The translations under genes and the position numbers were made by a program. The notes beneath the pieces were generated by a model that was given only the letters and a program-made list of their open reading frames with translations, ran no database searches and had not been told where the DNA came from. Shown here piece by piece: positions 10,730-21,106 of a DNA stretch of 64,000 nucleotides; position 1 is the first letter of the stretch; the number at the start of each line of letters is the position of its first letter. Source of the stretch: an uncultured Lachnospiraceae bacterium (GTDB lineage: Bacteria > Bacillota > Clostridia > Christensenellales > UBA1242); the NCBI GenBank assembly GCA_964606505.1, contig CAZSGM010000004.1:39330-103329 (forward strand), written 5' to 3'.

Positions 10730-11449
10730 CTATCTCTCAAGGCTGTTCTCCGGCTTTTTGTGTTGTTTTTGAAAAAGGCAAGAGACTTTGGCGGTAATGG
10801 CGTTATGGATTTCGTCGATTGATTTGAGTGTTCCGCTTGGGGTTAAGCAATCAATAATTGTCCAGTTGTTGGCTTTTGCGGTGTTTAGCCCGCGGGTGTA
10901 GACGAGCTGCATATACTCGTTGTTCGACTCGTAGATGTCCTTTTCCTGTCCGTTTTTGTTGACGCCGCGTTCTTTGACGAGCGCAAGCGAAACTGCGGGC
11001 GGAACATTTAAGTAAATAACCATATCGGGTTTGGGCAACTTCAACTTGTTGTACTCCAAATCGAAAAGCCACGCAACAAAGCGGCTGCGCTCGGCATCGC
11101 TGTCTATTTTGCTCGCTTGGTACAGCAAATTCGACTCAACGTACCTATCTAGGACAAGCACGGCGTCGCTTGCGGTTGAGAAATCGCGCAATTCCTTATT
11201 GAATGTGCACAATCTATCGACGGCAAATAGTGTCGAGGACTGGTAGGCGTCAAGTGTTTTGGCATCGCTGCCAAGTTCGCCGTTCAGCAACATTTTGACA
11301 GGCGCGCAACTCTCGCTCGCATAGTTGGGGAAATCCTGCGTAACAACATTAATGTTTTGTCCTTTTAGATATTCGACAAGTTTTTTTGTCTGCGTTTCCT
11401 TGCCGCAGCCGTCCGTCCCCTCAATCACAATTATTTTACTCATTTTCAT
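10730..11449 (-). CDS. tmk: thymidylate/deoxynucleoside monophosphate kinase
   Basis: IVIEGTDGCGKETQ P-loop, LFAVDR, LDRYVESN, PKPDMVIYL. Confidence 0.88.
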   Translation of the reverse strand: MKMSKIIVIEGTDGCGKETQTKKLVEYLKGQNINVVTQDFPNYASESCAPVKMLLNGELGSDAKTLDAYQSSTLFAVDRLCTFNKELRDFSTASDAVLVLDRYVESNLLYQASKIDSDAERSRFVAWLFDLEYNKLKLPKPDMVIYLNVPPAVSLALVKERGVNKNGQEKDIYESNNEYMQLVYTRGLNTAKANNWTIIDCLTPSGTLKSIDEIHNAITAKVSCLFQKQHKKPENSLER

Positions 11450-11498
11450 CCTCTTCGTTATCGTTCATTGAATTTAATCCGCTAAACTTTCCCCTACT

Positions 11499-11954
11499 TC
11501 ACTTGTGGTACGGGGTATTGTTTAGAATATTGAACCCGCGATAAATTTGCTCGAGTGCAATCACTCTAAACAGCTGGTGCGGAAAGGTCATTTTTGAAAA
11601 AGAAAGCAAAATATCCGCATTTTTCTTTATCCTGTCGTCGACGCCAAACGAGCCGCCGATAACAAAGGTAACGACTGAGTTCCCGCGGATAGCGACCTCA
11701 TTCAGTTTCTCCGCAAACTCTTGGCTCGAAAGTTGTTTGCCCTCAATGGCAAGCACGCAAAGGTACCCTTCAATATGCTTGCTAATTTCAACGTACTCTT
11801 CCGCCTTGGCGTTTTCGTTGTCGGATTTGCCTTGCTTAACCTCGATTATTTCGAGTTTGCAAAACTTCTGCAGTCGTTTTGCGTATTCGTCAACTGCGGA
11901 TTTAATAAAGTTTTCCTTAATCGTTCCGACGCTGACGAGTTTTATTTTCATCAT
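11499..11954 (-). CDS. rlmH: 23S rRNA pseudouridine-1915 N3-methyltransferase
   Basis: FVIGGSFG, LSFSKMTFPHQLFRVIALEQIYR, PYHK C-terminus. Confidence 0.96.
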   Translation of the reverse strand: MMKIKLVSVGTIKENFIKSAVDEYAKRLQKFCKLEIIEVKQGKSDNENAKAEEYVEISKHIEGYLCVLAIEGKQLSSQEFAEKLNEVAIRGNSVVTFVIGGSFGVDDRIKKNADILLSFSKMTFPHQLFRVIALEQIYRGFNILNNTPYHK

Positions 11955-13294
11955 TAGAACAACCCCCATAGGAAGGTCATAAAGGTTACGACTGCGCCGA
12001 GAAAAATTGAGCAGTACAAGAAAAAGTTTTCTTTGAATGTTGGCTTATATTTCTCCGCGCTACTTCGTGGCAGGATAACTTTCATAAGTTCAGTGAGCGT
12101 CATTTTTCTTCCGTTTGACAGGTCAGTTGGAAGACCGCCGATTGTTGCGTTCGCGTTTTGCGGGTCGGAAGGGTTTGTTTGTCGGACAACAACCTGCGGC
12201 ACAGACTGCGGCGACTGCCCTGCTGAGGGTTGCGCGGAGTCATTTGTGCGGATTGGGTCATTTGCGGTTAGAGGTTCGGAAGAAAGCGTTTGGGTAGGTG
12301 TTTGGGTTGGGGCTGCGCTAGAACTTTGGTCGAGGCTCTTACCTTGCGAGAGGTAGATTGTAAGCAGTTCTTGCGCGTTTTCGACGTCGAGGAGTTGTTT
12401 TGGGTCTTTCAAGCCCGCAAACTCTTTCGCGAACTTGTAGAACTGGGCTTGTTTGGTGTACTTAAACATTTTGATAAGCAGCCACACGCCAATATAGACG
12501 ACGAGACACAGCACGAGCGCGTAAATCATAAACTTTAGCAAGATGTTGACGCCTGCAAGATTTAAAATATCGTTGAAGTTCGCGCCGAACAAGTTTGCCG
12601 ATGAGGCGTAGTCGATGTAGACATTTAGCCCATTGTTGATAAAGTGAATAATTATGCTTGGCCAAATGCTTTTTGTAACAAGTGCGACGCTTGCGAGCAA
12701 CATCCCGACGACGAACGCGTAGAAAAACTGCGTAATGTTGAGGTGCATTAGTCCAAACAGCAGCCCTGAGAAGAGGACGGCTCTGAATGCGCCGATTTTT
12801 GAAAAACCTGTCATCAGCATTCCGCGGTGCGAAAACTCCTCAAACATCCCCGGTAAGATGGCGACGCAAAGCAAGTTAAGCAAGAACGTCCAGAATGTTA
12901 TGGTCGACCCTGTCCCGTACGAAACATAAGGCTCGTAACCTAACATTTGGATGAACACCGAAAAGAATGTTGAAACAAAAATAATCAAGAAGAACGCAAC
13001 AAAGCCCATTCCGACGGAGCAAAGCAGTACTTTACCACTTGTTTTTCTGAAACCGAATGAGCGGAAAATGTCCTTAGTTTTTTGTTTGTAGCCAAACCTA
13101 TAAATCAACATCGGTACTGCAAACAAAATCAAAATTTGCACGCAGAACGTAAAAATTTCGTCCTCCCAATCCCCCGCAAACTCTAGCACTCCTGCGCTAC
13201 TTAAGATACGTAACACGACAAACAAGGTCAATATTATGAAATAACATAAATTACTCCAAAATAGTCGTTTGTCATTTTTTAAAAGCCCTTCCAT
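11954..13294 (-). CDS. CPBP (Abi/CAAX) intramembrane metalloprotease with Pro/Gln/Thr-rich insert
   Basis: EEFSHRG, FGLMH, HFINN motifs; multiple TM segments. Confidence 0.88.
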   Translation of the reverse strand: MEGLLKNDKRLFWSNLCYFIILTLFVVLRILSSAGVLEFAGDWEDEIFTFCVQILILFAVPMLIYRFGYKQKTKDIFRSFGFRKTSGKVLLCSVGMGFVAFFLIIFVSTFFSVFIQMLGYEPYVSYGTGSTITFWTFLLNLLCVAILPGMFEEFSHRGMLMTGFSKIGAFRAVLFSGLLFGLMHLNITQFFYAFVVGMLLASVALVTKSIWPSIIIHFINNGLNVYIDYASSANLFGANFNDILNLAGVNILLKFMIYALVLCLVVYIGVWLLIKMFKYTKQAQFYKFAKEFAGLKDPKQLLDVENAQELLTIYLSQGKSLDQSSSAAPTQTPTQTLSSEPLTANDPIRTNDSAQPSAGQSPQSVPQVVVRQTNPSDPQNANATIGGLPTDLSNGRKMTLTELMKVILPRSSAEKYKPTFKENFFLYCSIFLGAVVTFMTFLWGLF

Positions 13295-13373
13295 TTTTCT
13301 CCTTATTTACTAATATATGTAGTGATTGTTAAAGTTATTTAATAAATTCAATTGTTTAGTTTTATAATTAACA

Positions 13374-14888
13374 TTAATTTGTAAACATTGAAATTGTATT
13401 CACGATTGCTATTAATAGCGCAAGCGACAAACCAAGTATTCCGTCTTTAAATGCCGACTTATCCTCTCTAAAGAGTTTAAAGCCGCGCTTGAATGTTATT
13501 TTTGCACACTCGTTCTCAAGCGTTTCGCTGGTTTCCCCTGCTGCGCTTGTTTGGGTGGCACCGTATGTAGCGGTAGTTTGCCCGTCGATTGCGGCGGCGT
13601 TTGGTTTCGTTTCGCTTCCCTGTGCGGCGCGCGAGGTTTTGGCTTGCTTGCCATTTTTTGCGCGTGCTTGGGTTTTGTCCGTAACTGTGTTACTGCGCGA
13701 GCCATCCGTTTCGCACTTAGTTGTTACGGAAGCGGCGGCGGCTGTTGCGACTTGCGCAATTTGTTCGGCTTGCGCCGCTGTTGTGGACGGCGAAACTACC
13801 TCGACTTGCGCAGCGGTTTCAGTTTGCGCGCCCGCTTCAGATTGTTTAGCGGCGGCTTGTGAAACTGTTACAGACTCTGCCGAAGCGGCGACCTGCGCAA
13901 CTGTTCCAAGCGGCGCGGCGGCAGGCGTTTGCAAAGTTTGTGTTTCGGAAACTTCGGCGCAATCGAGGCGTGGCGCAGCGGTTCCGTCGGGCGAAACGCT
14001 GCCTGCGCAAGGGGTTTTGGCGGCGGAAACGGCGCGGGTGGCGCGGTTTTGCACCTTGTTTAGTAGTTTTAATCCAAAGATGATTATAACTGCAAGTATT
14101 CCGAGATACAGGACGGCTTGCAAGATGTAAAAGACGTCGATGTTTGGCGCAGCGGTTTCGACGCCCATACAAGTTTGAATACTGTTTAGGGCGACGATGA
14201 CGGTGTTATTGACCGCGTGGATGATGATTGAAATCCAGAGCGAGCCTGTTTTGATGACGAGGTAGCCTGCGAGCACTCCGAATGCGAACTGGTAAATTGT
14301 CTGCTGGATGTTCCCGTGGATGAGCATAAACAGAAGGGCTGAAATTATGATTGCGAACCAGTTCCCGTACTTGCGCAGACCTTGCAAAATGACGCCGCGG
14401 AAGATAAACTCCTCCACGAACGCGGGCAAAATCCCGAGTGCGAGCAACGCAAAGATGATTGTCCCTGCGTTATCAAGTGCAAAACCTAGGTCGCTACGCA
14501 AGTCGCAGCCGAGCGCCGTCAGTCCGCTTTCAAACAAGTTCATCGCGGGGTTTGAGAACCACATTAGCGAAAAACCCATACACACGCCGATCGCTATCAT
14601 CCACGCGTTGGGTTTGTTTTTTAGTTTTGCGGCGGAAACAAAGTTAACACGCTGCTTTTTGTTGTACACGAAAAGCAAGAGCGCAAAGCACACTTGCATA
14701 AACACGGCGTTTATCATAAGAACGGGGAGCGTCGTCTCAAACTCCTCGAGCTGCATCCCGATTGCGTTCGCAACCACTGTGTAGACTGCGTACAAAACAA
14801 AAACTGCGAGGTACGGCAGCAGGACAGCAAGCATAAACATTCGCGTTGCGTCGCTTGAGTCGTAATTATTTCTATAGTTGTTTTTCAT
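13374..14888 (-). CDS. CPBP (Abi/CAAX) intramembrane metalloprotease with Ala/Thr-rich insert
   Basis: EEFIFRG, FMLIH, HAVNN motifs; about 190-aa low-complexity segment before the last TM. Confidence 0.88.
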   Translation of the reverse strand: MKNNYRNNYDSSDATRMFMLAVLLPYLAVFVLYAVYTVVANAIGMQLEEFETTLPVLMINAVFMQVCFALLLFVYNKKQRVNFVSAAKLKNKPNAWMIAIGVCMGFSLMWFSNPAMNLFESGLTALGCDLRSDLGFALDNAGTIIFALLALGILPAFVEEFIFRGVILQGLRKYGNWFAIIISALLFMLIHGNIQQTIYQFAFGVLAGYLVIKTGSLWISIIIHAVNNTVIVALNSIQTCMGVETAAPNIDVFYILQAVLYLGILAVIIIFGLKLLNKVQNRATRAVSAAKTPCAGSVSPDGTAAPRLDCAEVSETQTLQTPAAAPLGTVAQVAASAESVTVSQAAAKQSEAGAQTETAAQVEVVSPSTTAAQAEQIAQVATAAAASVTTKCETDGSRSNTVTDKTQARAKNGKQAKTSRAAQGSETKPNAAAIDGQTTATYGATQTSAAGETSETLENECAKITFKRGFKLFREDKSAFKDGILGLSLALLIAIVNTISMFTN

Positions 14889-15117
14889 ATTGATTTAACT
14901 GGTTATCCTTATTATATTAGTTATCTTTATTTAATTAGTTATCTTTATCATTATGTTAGGTTGTTTAAAATGGGTTAAATTTGCATATTCAGCAAATTTG
15001 TTTAATTAGCCGAAATGGTGTTTAAATTGTACGGCGTTCACTTAAAGTAGCCACATTTTACTTTAATGAATGTTCGTTTTAAATACTATTCGCATTTTTA
15101 AATTGCAATTCTGGCAC

Positions 15118-15717
15118 TTAATCGGCAGTTAGTAAGTTCATCATATTGCCGATAACCCTATCGCGCACGTGCTCAAGTTCCCTCAAATCCTCGTCCGCAT
15201 ACGGCTCGGGGATAACGTCAAGCTTACTCAAGGCAACCATATTGACGTCGCTTGCACTCATAATCATATCTGCAAGCGCGCGCGCGAAAAAGTACTCGAT
15301 ATTGTCGACGCTTAGGTTGTACTCGTCAATAATCTTGTCAAGTTCCTCATATTCTGCAATGCGATAAAACGCGGGCTGGTAGAAAAACTTGAGTCTATTC
15401 ATTGAAAGTTTGCTGCCGTTTGCGCTGGCGATTATGCCCCACTTATAGGCGCGCAAGGTGTGCGGCTCAAAGATGTGTTCGCGTCCCTTTTTGTAGGTGT
15501 AGGTCAAAAAGTCTTGCGCGATAACATCCCCTTCGAGTGCGAGCAGTACGCATTCTTCCAAAAGTTTGCAAAACTTCTCGTCCGCAACGCTGGGGCTATA
15601 CTCGCTAAGCATATTGAACTGAGCCTTGAAACGCCTGTAAAGTTTCGCCTGCTCATCAAAGGTCATATCCATAAATTTTTCTGCAATTTCATCATTCCAA
15701 ACTTGTTTAATTTCCAT
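15118..15717 (-). CDS. hypothetical helical protein (one Sel1-like segment)
   Basis: AGGAG RBS before MEIKQ; ALEGDVIAQDFLTYTYKKG...AYKWGIIASANG resembles a Sel1 repeat. Confidence 0.7.
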   Translation of the reverse strand: MEIKQVWNDEIAEKFMDMTFDEQAKLYRRFKAQFNMLSEYSPSVADEKFCKLLEECVLLALEGDVIAQDFLTYTYKKGREHIFEPHTLRAYKWGIIASANGSKLSMNRLKFFYQPAFYRIAEYEELDKIIDEYNLSVDNIEYFFARALADMIMSASDVNMVALSKLDVIPEPYADEDLRELEHVRDRVIGNMMNLLTAD

Positions 15718-15806
15718 ATTAACTCCTATTAAAATTATAACATTTAGGGCGCGCGTTGTCAATTAAATGATGTTCAATATTTCGCGCCGCAACAATTAGT
15801 TTCGGG

Positions 15807-17267
15807 TTACAAAAGTGGAGCAAACAGTCTACAGAGCGCCATTTTGAAACGCTTGTACGCTGAAATTTTGTCGAGTTTATTGAATTCGACGCTATTTTGT
15901 GAGTCGGTTTCAAACTGTTCCAGCAATTTTTGCGTAAACTCCTCGCTGTAGATAACTGCGTTGACTTCAAAGTTTAGGTAAAAGGAACGGTTGTCGCTGT
16001 TACAAGTTCCGATTGTGCAAATTTCGTCGTCGATTATCATTGTTTTTGAGTGCAAGAAGCCTTTAAACAAGCGAACCTTTGCGCCGAGTTCCACAAGTTC
16101 GCGGACGTAACTCAGGCTCGCGTTGTAGACGAGTTTTTTGTCGGGAATTTTAGGTATCATTAGTTGCACGTCAATCCCGCTTGCGATAGCGAGTTTAAGG
16201 CTGTCGAGGTAAACTTGGTCGGGCACGAAATACGGCGTTTGGATTTTGATTGATTTTTTCGCCATATTTATCATTTTTACGAGTGCGTTTTTAATCTCCG
16301 CTTTGTCGCTGCTGGGTCCGCTCGTCAAAATCTGCATTGGGCAGTTACCTTTTGCAGTTTGTTCAGGAAAGTAGTCTTTCTTTAGGTATTTAAGCGGGTA
16401 CTTGTTGTCCTTGGTTGAGTAACGCCAATCAGACAGGAAAACGCCCTGCAGGAAGATTACGCTCAAGCCCTCCACCCTAATATGCGCGTCGCGCCACGGA
16501 GCGAGTTTTTTGTCGAAACCCAAGTGGTCTGCGCGCAGGTTTACGCCGCCGACGTAACCAATTTTGCCGTCGATAACTGCTATTTTGCGGTGGTTTCTGT
16601 AGTTCATTTTGAAATTCAACATCTTAAGCGGCAAAATCGGCGGGAAAAACTCGCGGAACTCACCGCCTGCTTTCATAAACTTCTTGAAGTGGCGACGGCG
16701 CGTTTTGATTGAGCCGAGGCTGTCGATTATGATTTTTACCGAAACCCCTTCGCTGAGTTTTTGCGTACAGAGATTGATAATTTCCTTGCCAAACTTATCG
16801 TTTGCCAAAATATAATAGTCGAGATGAATGTGTTTTTTTGCGTTTTTAATGTCGTTTTTTAGCGCCTCAAACTTTTTTATCCCGTCGCAAAAGAACTCGA
16901 CGTCATTCCCGTCGGTGAGCACGCTGTTTGCCCAGCGGTAGTTAAATTTTATCAATTCGTCGTACTTTTTGACGAGTTTTTGCGCGTTTTCATCAAAAAC
17001 ATATTGGTGGTTTGCGGCGATTTTCTCCATTTCTTTACGGCTGCCGACGTTTACCATATTTGTGCGTCTTATCATTCGGCGTGTTCTGAGCCCCAGCCCG
17101 TTGCCGAAGATTATGTACAGCAAAAAGCCGATTATTGGCAGAAACGCCATAACTGACAACCATGCAAAAACGCTTTGGGTTGACTTTTTCTCAAAGAAAA
17201 CCATTGAGATTGCAAGCAAGACGTTTAAGGTTATAACTATTATAGTGATTAATGTTAATGTATCCAT
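15807..17267 (-). CDS. cls: cardiolipin synthase
   Basis: Two N-terminal TMs, two HKD motifs (HRKIAVIDG, HSKTMIIDD), TPYFVPD. Confidence 0.95.
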   Translation of the reverse strand: MDTLTLITIIVITLNVLLAISMVFFEKKSTQSVFAWLSVMAFLPIIGFLLYIIFGNGLGLRTRRMIRRTNMVNVGSRKEMEKIAANHQYVFDENAQKLVKKYDELIKFNYRWANSVLTDGNDVEFFCDGIKKFEALKNDIKNAKKHIHLDYYILANDKFGKEIINLCTQKLSEGVSVKIIIDSLGSIKTRRRHFKKFMKAGGEFREFFPPILPLKMLNFKMNYRNHRKIAVIDGKIGYVGGVNLRADHLGFDKKLAPWRDAHIRVEGLSVIFLQGVFLSDWRYSTKDNKYPLKYLKKDYFPEQTAKGNCPMQILTSGPSSDKAEIKNALVKMINMAKKSIKIQTPYFVPDQVYLDSLKLAIASGIDVQLMIPKIPDKKLVYNASLSYVRELVELGAKVRLFKGFLHSKTMIIDDEICTIGTCNSDNRSFYLNFEVNAVIYSEEFTQKLLEQFETDSQNSVEFNKLDKISAYKRFKMALCRLFAPLL

Positions 17268-17302
17268 TTTGTCCTCACTTTATATTGACAAATTGCAGAG
17301 TT

Positions 17303-17974
17303 TTAAAACTTGTAGTACTTTTTTATGCTGTTAATCGTTCGTTTGAAGCGAAATAATAACATAAAACCAAAGCACGCGAGGCACAACAAGAATGCGCTCA
17401 CGCTTGGCCAATGGACAACGTCCAGCACGTAGCAGTTTAGTATAAACACCACGAGCGACCAAAACAACAAAAATATTGTCGGCCTTATGTACTCAAAGTT
17501 AATGTATCCCTTCCTTAGCGCAAGCACGGCGCAAGTAATCATTTGCGTGAGCAACAACAGTGGGATTGCGTACCCAATTCCCCAGCCAAACGTGTGGCTC
17601 ATCAGTTCAATCGCGAGCAAGAGTTGTGAAACCCCGAGCGTAATGAACTTCATCTGCAGCGCAAACGATGTTTTGTATCTAATCGGCACGAGCACGACAA
17701 GGTGCAGGGCGATTGCTCCTGACAAAACGTACATACTCCACAAACTTTCTATGTCGATTATTAGGTTTGCCAAAATTGCGACAATGGTCAAGATAACCAG
17801 CCCACGCATCAAAATTCCTGCCCTGTGAAAATTCGACTGGTCAAACGCCTTGTAGTCGGGATATTTGTCGCGTTTGTCGACAATATTGTCGTTGACACAA
17901 CGCCCACACAGCGGGCAATGCGCTTGGGAAGAGTCAACCGACGTCTTACACCTATCACAAATATTTTTTTCCAT
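17303..17974 (-). CDS. zinc-ribbon membrane protein (DUF6320-like)
   Basis: CDRC...CPLCG N-terminus followed by about 6 TMs; adjacent to an acyltransferase as is typical for this family. Confidence 0.7.
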   Translation of the reverse strand: MEKNICDRCKTSVDSSQAHCPLCGRCVNDNIVDKRDKYPDYKAFDQSNFHRAGILMRGLVILTIVAILANLIIDIESLWSMYVLSGAIALHLVVLVPIRYKTSFALQMKFITLGVSQLLLAIELMSHTFGWGIGYAIPLLLLTQMITCAVLALRKGYINFEYIRPTIFLLFWSLVVFILNCYVLDVVHWPSVSAFLLCLACFGFMLLFRFKRTINSIKKYYKF

Positions 17975-18165
17975 ATGTTCCCTTTTTATTTTATCGAAAA
18001 TCTTTATTTTTTATTTATTGATTTCTTAATTATCTATTATTAATTATTCTTTTATTATTATTAAAAAATTCGTTGTTGTTATAAAAAATTTATTTGTATA
18101 AAAATTCGTTTAATTCAGTTTTTATCTAATTTTTAAGTGATTATAATCAAAAAACATTAATTTTA

Positions 18166-19647
18166 TTAATTATTTGAATACAATTCAACTTCGACGCCAA
18201 GTTCTGCGAGTTTTCTAAAGAAAACTTTTTCAACATTACTTTGTTGTATTCTGCGTGTAAAAGTTATGGTCGCGGTGCCGTTATACGAACAGACTGCCAC
18301 GTTTAGCGAGTTTAATTTTGCGCGTCCAATCATAACTTCATAGCCCGTTACAAACTCTTTCATTTCGTCGGGGACTTTGAGAACGCCGAGGTTGGAGAAC
18401 GCGGTCGAAAACAGACGCTCGCCGTAGGTATTGAAACTATATTTTAGTGCCAGTTCCTTTACATACAGCGGCAACAGGCGCACAAAGATGTTTTTCTGCG
18501 CAAGGACGTTTGCGTTGATGTTTTTCATTAGGTAGTCCTTATTAATCTCCGCCATACCTGCCTGCGCGACCTCGATACAGTCTTGCAGCGTTGCGTCAAA
18601 TTTTTCAAGGCTGAAATTCTTGTACGAGGAGAAGTTGCGCATTGTTTTTGTTTCAAAAAACCTTCTGCAGTCGATTGGGAGCGAAACCTTTACAGGACGC
18701 TTGCGTTTGTGCTCAACTCTATCGACGTTGATGGCGTACAGGAGTGTTGCGAGCAACAGTTCGTTGAGGGAGCAGCCGTTTTGCTTAGCGGCTTCTTTGA
18801 GTTGTGCAACGCTAACTTTGCCAGATGTGAGCATAAGTTTGCCGAGCAGAAGCGGCGTTCCGACGATTTGGTACGCAGATTTCTCTTTTCGCTTGTTGGT
18901 TTCCTTTAGGTCAGCGTATTTGTTGAACGCGTCGGCAGCTTCTTCAGGATCGTAAAAGTCGTTTGGGTTAATCATAAAGCTTTTGGCGTCGACCGCTAGC
19001 CCGCACTCGCGCGCGTAGTTAATCAGCAAGCAGTTAACAAAACTCAAGCCGCCGTAACCGTCGCAGAGTGAGTGAAAAAACTCACACGAGACCTTGTTAT
19101 TGTAGTACAAAACCCTAAACAAGTGCTTATCGCCGCGAAAATCAAAGGTCTGACAGGGATAAAACTTCTCCACTTCAACCTTTGGCTCTTTGTTTATGTA
19201 CTGAAAATAGTACCAGAAAAAGCCCTTGTGTAGTGCCACATTATAATAAGGAAACCTTTGCATTGTCTTGTTGAGCGCAACCTGCAGTTTCTCGGGGTCG
19301 ACCGTGTCTGCTAGGTATGCAGAAATACGAAAAATCTCGTTCCATTCGCTGTTTTTAGACGCGGGATAAATTAGCGCGGCGTTGTCGAGCGGGAGGCTTG
19401 ACTCTTGCAGTTGCAAGCGTTCCTCGCGAAGTTTGTTGCGCATTTCAACCTTTTGCTGCTTGAGTTGTTTGCCCTTCTCCTCGCGTTCCTTGCGCGCGGT
19501 TTGCTGAGCCTCGCGTTTTTGTGCCTTTAGTTCGGCACGCTCGGTTTGTTTTTGGCGCTTAGTCTCAATTTTTAGTAGCTTTTTCTCTTGCTTATGTAGT
19601 TTTTTCTTTTCTTTAACAGCTAATTTATCTTTTTCTTTATCTATCAT
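18166..19647 (-). CDS. alcohol acetyltransferase / condensation-domain acyltransferase with charged N-terminal coil
   Basis: LDNAALIYPA, FHSLCDG (HxxxD), TMRNFS, FSNLG; start MIDKE at 19647. Confidence 0.8.
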   Translation of the reverse strand: MIDKEKDKLAVKEKKKLHKQEKKLLKIETKRQKQTERAELKAQKREAQQTARKEREEKGKQLKQQKVEMRNKLREERLQLQESSLPLDNAALIYPASKNSEWNEIFRISAYLADTVDPEKLQVALNKTMQRFPYYNVALHKGFFWYYFQYINKEPKVEVEKFYPCQTFDFRGDKHLFRVLYYNNKVSCEFFHSLCDGYGGLSFVNCLLINYARECGLAVDAKSFMINPNDFYDPEEAADAFNKYADLKETNKRKEKSAYQIVGTPLLLGKLMLTSGKVSVAQLKEAAKQNGCSLNELLLATLLYAINVDRVEHKRKRPVKVSLPIDCRRFFETKTMRNFSSYKNFSLEKFDATLQDCIEVAQAGMAEINKDYLMKNINANVLAQKNIFVRLLPLYVKELALKYSFNTYGERLFSTAFSNLGVLKVPDEMKEFVTGYEVMIGRAKLNSLNVAVCSYNGTATITFTRRIQQSNVEKVFFRKLAELGVEVELYSNN

Positions 19648-19743
19648 AGCGTTCCTTTTTACGCTTAAGTATAACACAAAACTACCCATTTGCAAAACAA
19701 ATTGCAAAAGCGAAAGCAAAAAACGCACTTATGTTTGATTTTT

Positions 19744-20074
19744 TAGGTTAGCCGTAAGCCGAGTTCTGTCGAGAGTAATCATCTATCTAGCCTTACTGTC
19801 ACCAGTAAGTTCAAGCGGTGTAATTCGGAAATCGGACGGACAGCCCTTTGTGATTTCCTACCTTGCATCAGGTGGGGTTTACAGAATACCTAAGTCGCCA
19901 TAGGTATTGGTGAGCTCTTACCTCGCCTTTCCACCCTTACCAAAATAAATTTTGGCGGTATATCTCTGTTGCACTTTCCTTAGAGTTGCCTCCACAAGCC
20001 GTTAGCTTGCACCCTGTCCTGCGATGCTCGGACTTTCCTAATTGCTTGCGCAATTCGATTACTTAGCTAGCCTA
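19744..20074 (-). ncRNA. rnpB: RNase P RNA (class A-like)
   Basis: Minus strand has AGGAAAGTCCGAGC, GGAAAGTGCAACAGA, GGTAAGAGC, GTAAACCCCACC and ACAGAACTCGGCTTAC; termini TAGGCTAGC/GCTAACCTA pair as P1. Confidence 0.96.
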
Positions 20075-20117
20075 AAAAACCAAGCACAAATGCGTTTTTG
20101 CGGTTTTAAACTAAGCT

Positions 20118-20146
20118 ATGATAACACATTATCAAAAAAAAGTCAA
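20118..20146 (-). promoter_or_regulatory. sigmaA-type promoter of rnpB
   Basis: TTGACT-17 bp-TATCAT. Confidence 0.7.
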
Positions 20147-20251
20147 CGTTATGAATAAAATAACGGCCACTTCCCAGTTTTTGTTAACTATTTCAAAGTT
20201 TTCGTCTTTAGTAATTGCGCAAAACATTTAGCACACGCCAAAAACTAAAAA

Positions 20252-20296
20252 ACCAAAGGCTCGACGAAGCCCCAATACTTCGTAAGTCCTTTGGTT
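20252..20296. terminator. stem-loop, probable terminator of the 20380-21088 genes
   Basis: AACCAAAGG...CGAAG/CTTCG...CCTTTGGTT with an A-run on the left (U-tract on the minus strand). Confidence 0.5.
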
Positions 20297-20379
20297 AAAA
20301 TAAAAATTAAATTTTGCAATCTCAATTTGAGTTGCTTATCCTAACATTTTCATTGTGCTAGCAAAAATGCGCAAATTTG

Positions 20380-20747
20380 TTACATTTCCCTATCATTTTC
20401 ATCGTTTTTTGCGCAAATTGCAGTGCTTTCAACATTTTGAGCGCACATTTCTTCGTATTCAATCAAACCTTGCGAGAGCAATGTATCAATCGTGAGCGCG
20501 TCTTGAAGTTTCTTGCGCGATTTGTCGAGGTTTATTTTCGCGCAAACTGCACACGCCGCGCCAACTGACACGCACAAAGCGGCAGGAACAGCGGCGTCAT
20601 CACAATACGCAATGAGCGACGCACCTGCCCCCCGACTGCGACGCCTGCCGCAACGCCGAGCACGTTTGAAATTTTTGAGTATCTGCACGCCTGTTTTTTC
20701 TTATCGTTATACCACTTTAAACCTTCGTTTTGAGCCGCTAAATTCAT
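20380..20747 (-). pseudogene. small two-TM glycine-rich protein split by a frameshift (122 aa if G6 becomes G7)
   Basis: ORF from 20747 (MNLAAQ...LGVAAGVAVGG) and ORF ending 20380 (AGASLIAYC...NDREM) join in frame with one extra G at the G6 run 20628-20633. Confidence 0.65.
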
Positions 20748-21088
20748 AATTCTCTCTCCTCATTTTGCCCCTTAATATTGTTGCGCTTATTCTTTTCAAA
20801 CTCTAATCTCGCGTGCAGCACGCCCTCGTTAATGCGCGTCATTCTTTCGTAAACCACATCCAAAAGCAAACTTCCGCCCGTGAGGCATAATGCCCCAACT
20901 TGCAATGCGCTAACCCCGTCGCCAATTGCCACCGCGCCAGCAACAAATGTTGCGTTGAACGCAAAAAGCCCCGTTGCGTAAAGCCTCAATGCTTCTGCCG
21001 ATTTGCGGCACCTAACTGCTTTATTGTAATTCTTTTCAAGAATAACAGTTTGCTTGTGCGCTTCCGCCTTGTACTCCCTTAAATCCAA
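20744..21088 (-). CDS. small two-TM hypothetical protein ending in EEREL
   Basis: TTG start with GAGG RBS; hydrophobic hairpin; stop overlaps the next ATG (ATGA). Confidence 0.7.
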   Translation of the reverse strand: MDLREYKAEAHKQTVILEKNYNKAVRCRKSAEALRLYATGLFAFNATFVAGAVAIGDGVSALQVGALCLTGGSLLLDVVYERMTRINEGVLHARLEFEKNKRNNIKGQNEEREL

Positions 21089-21106
21089 AATGCACCTCTT
21101 ATTGTT

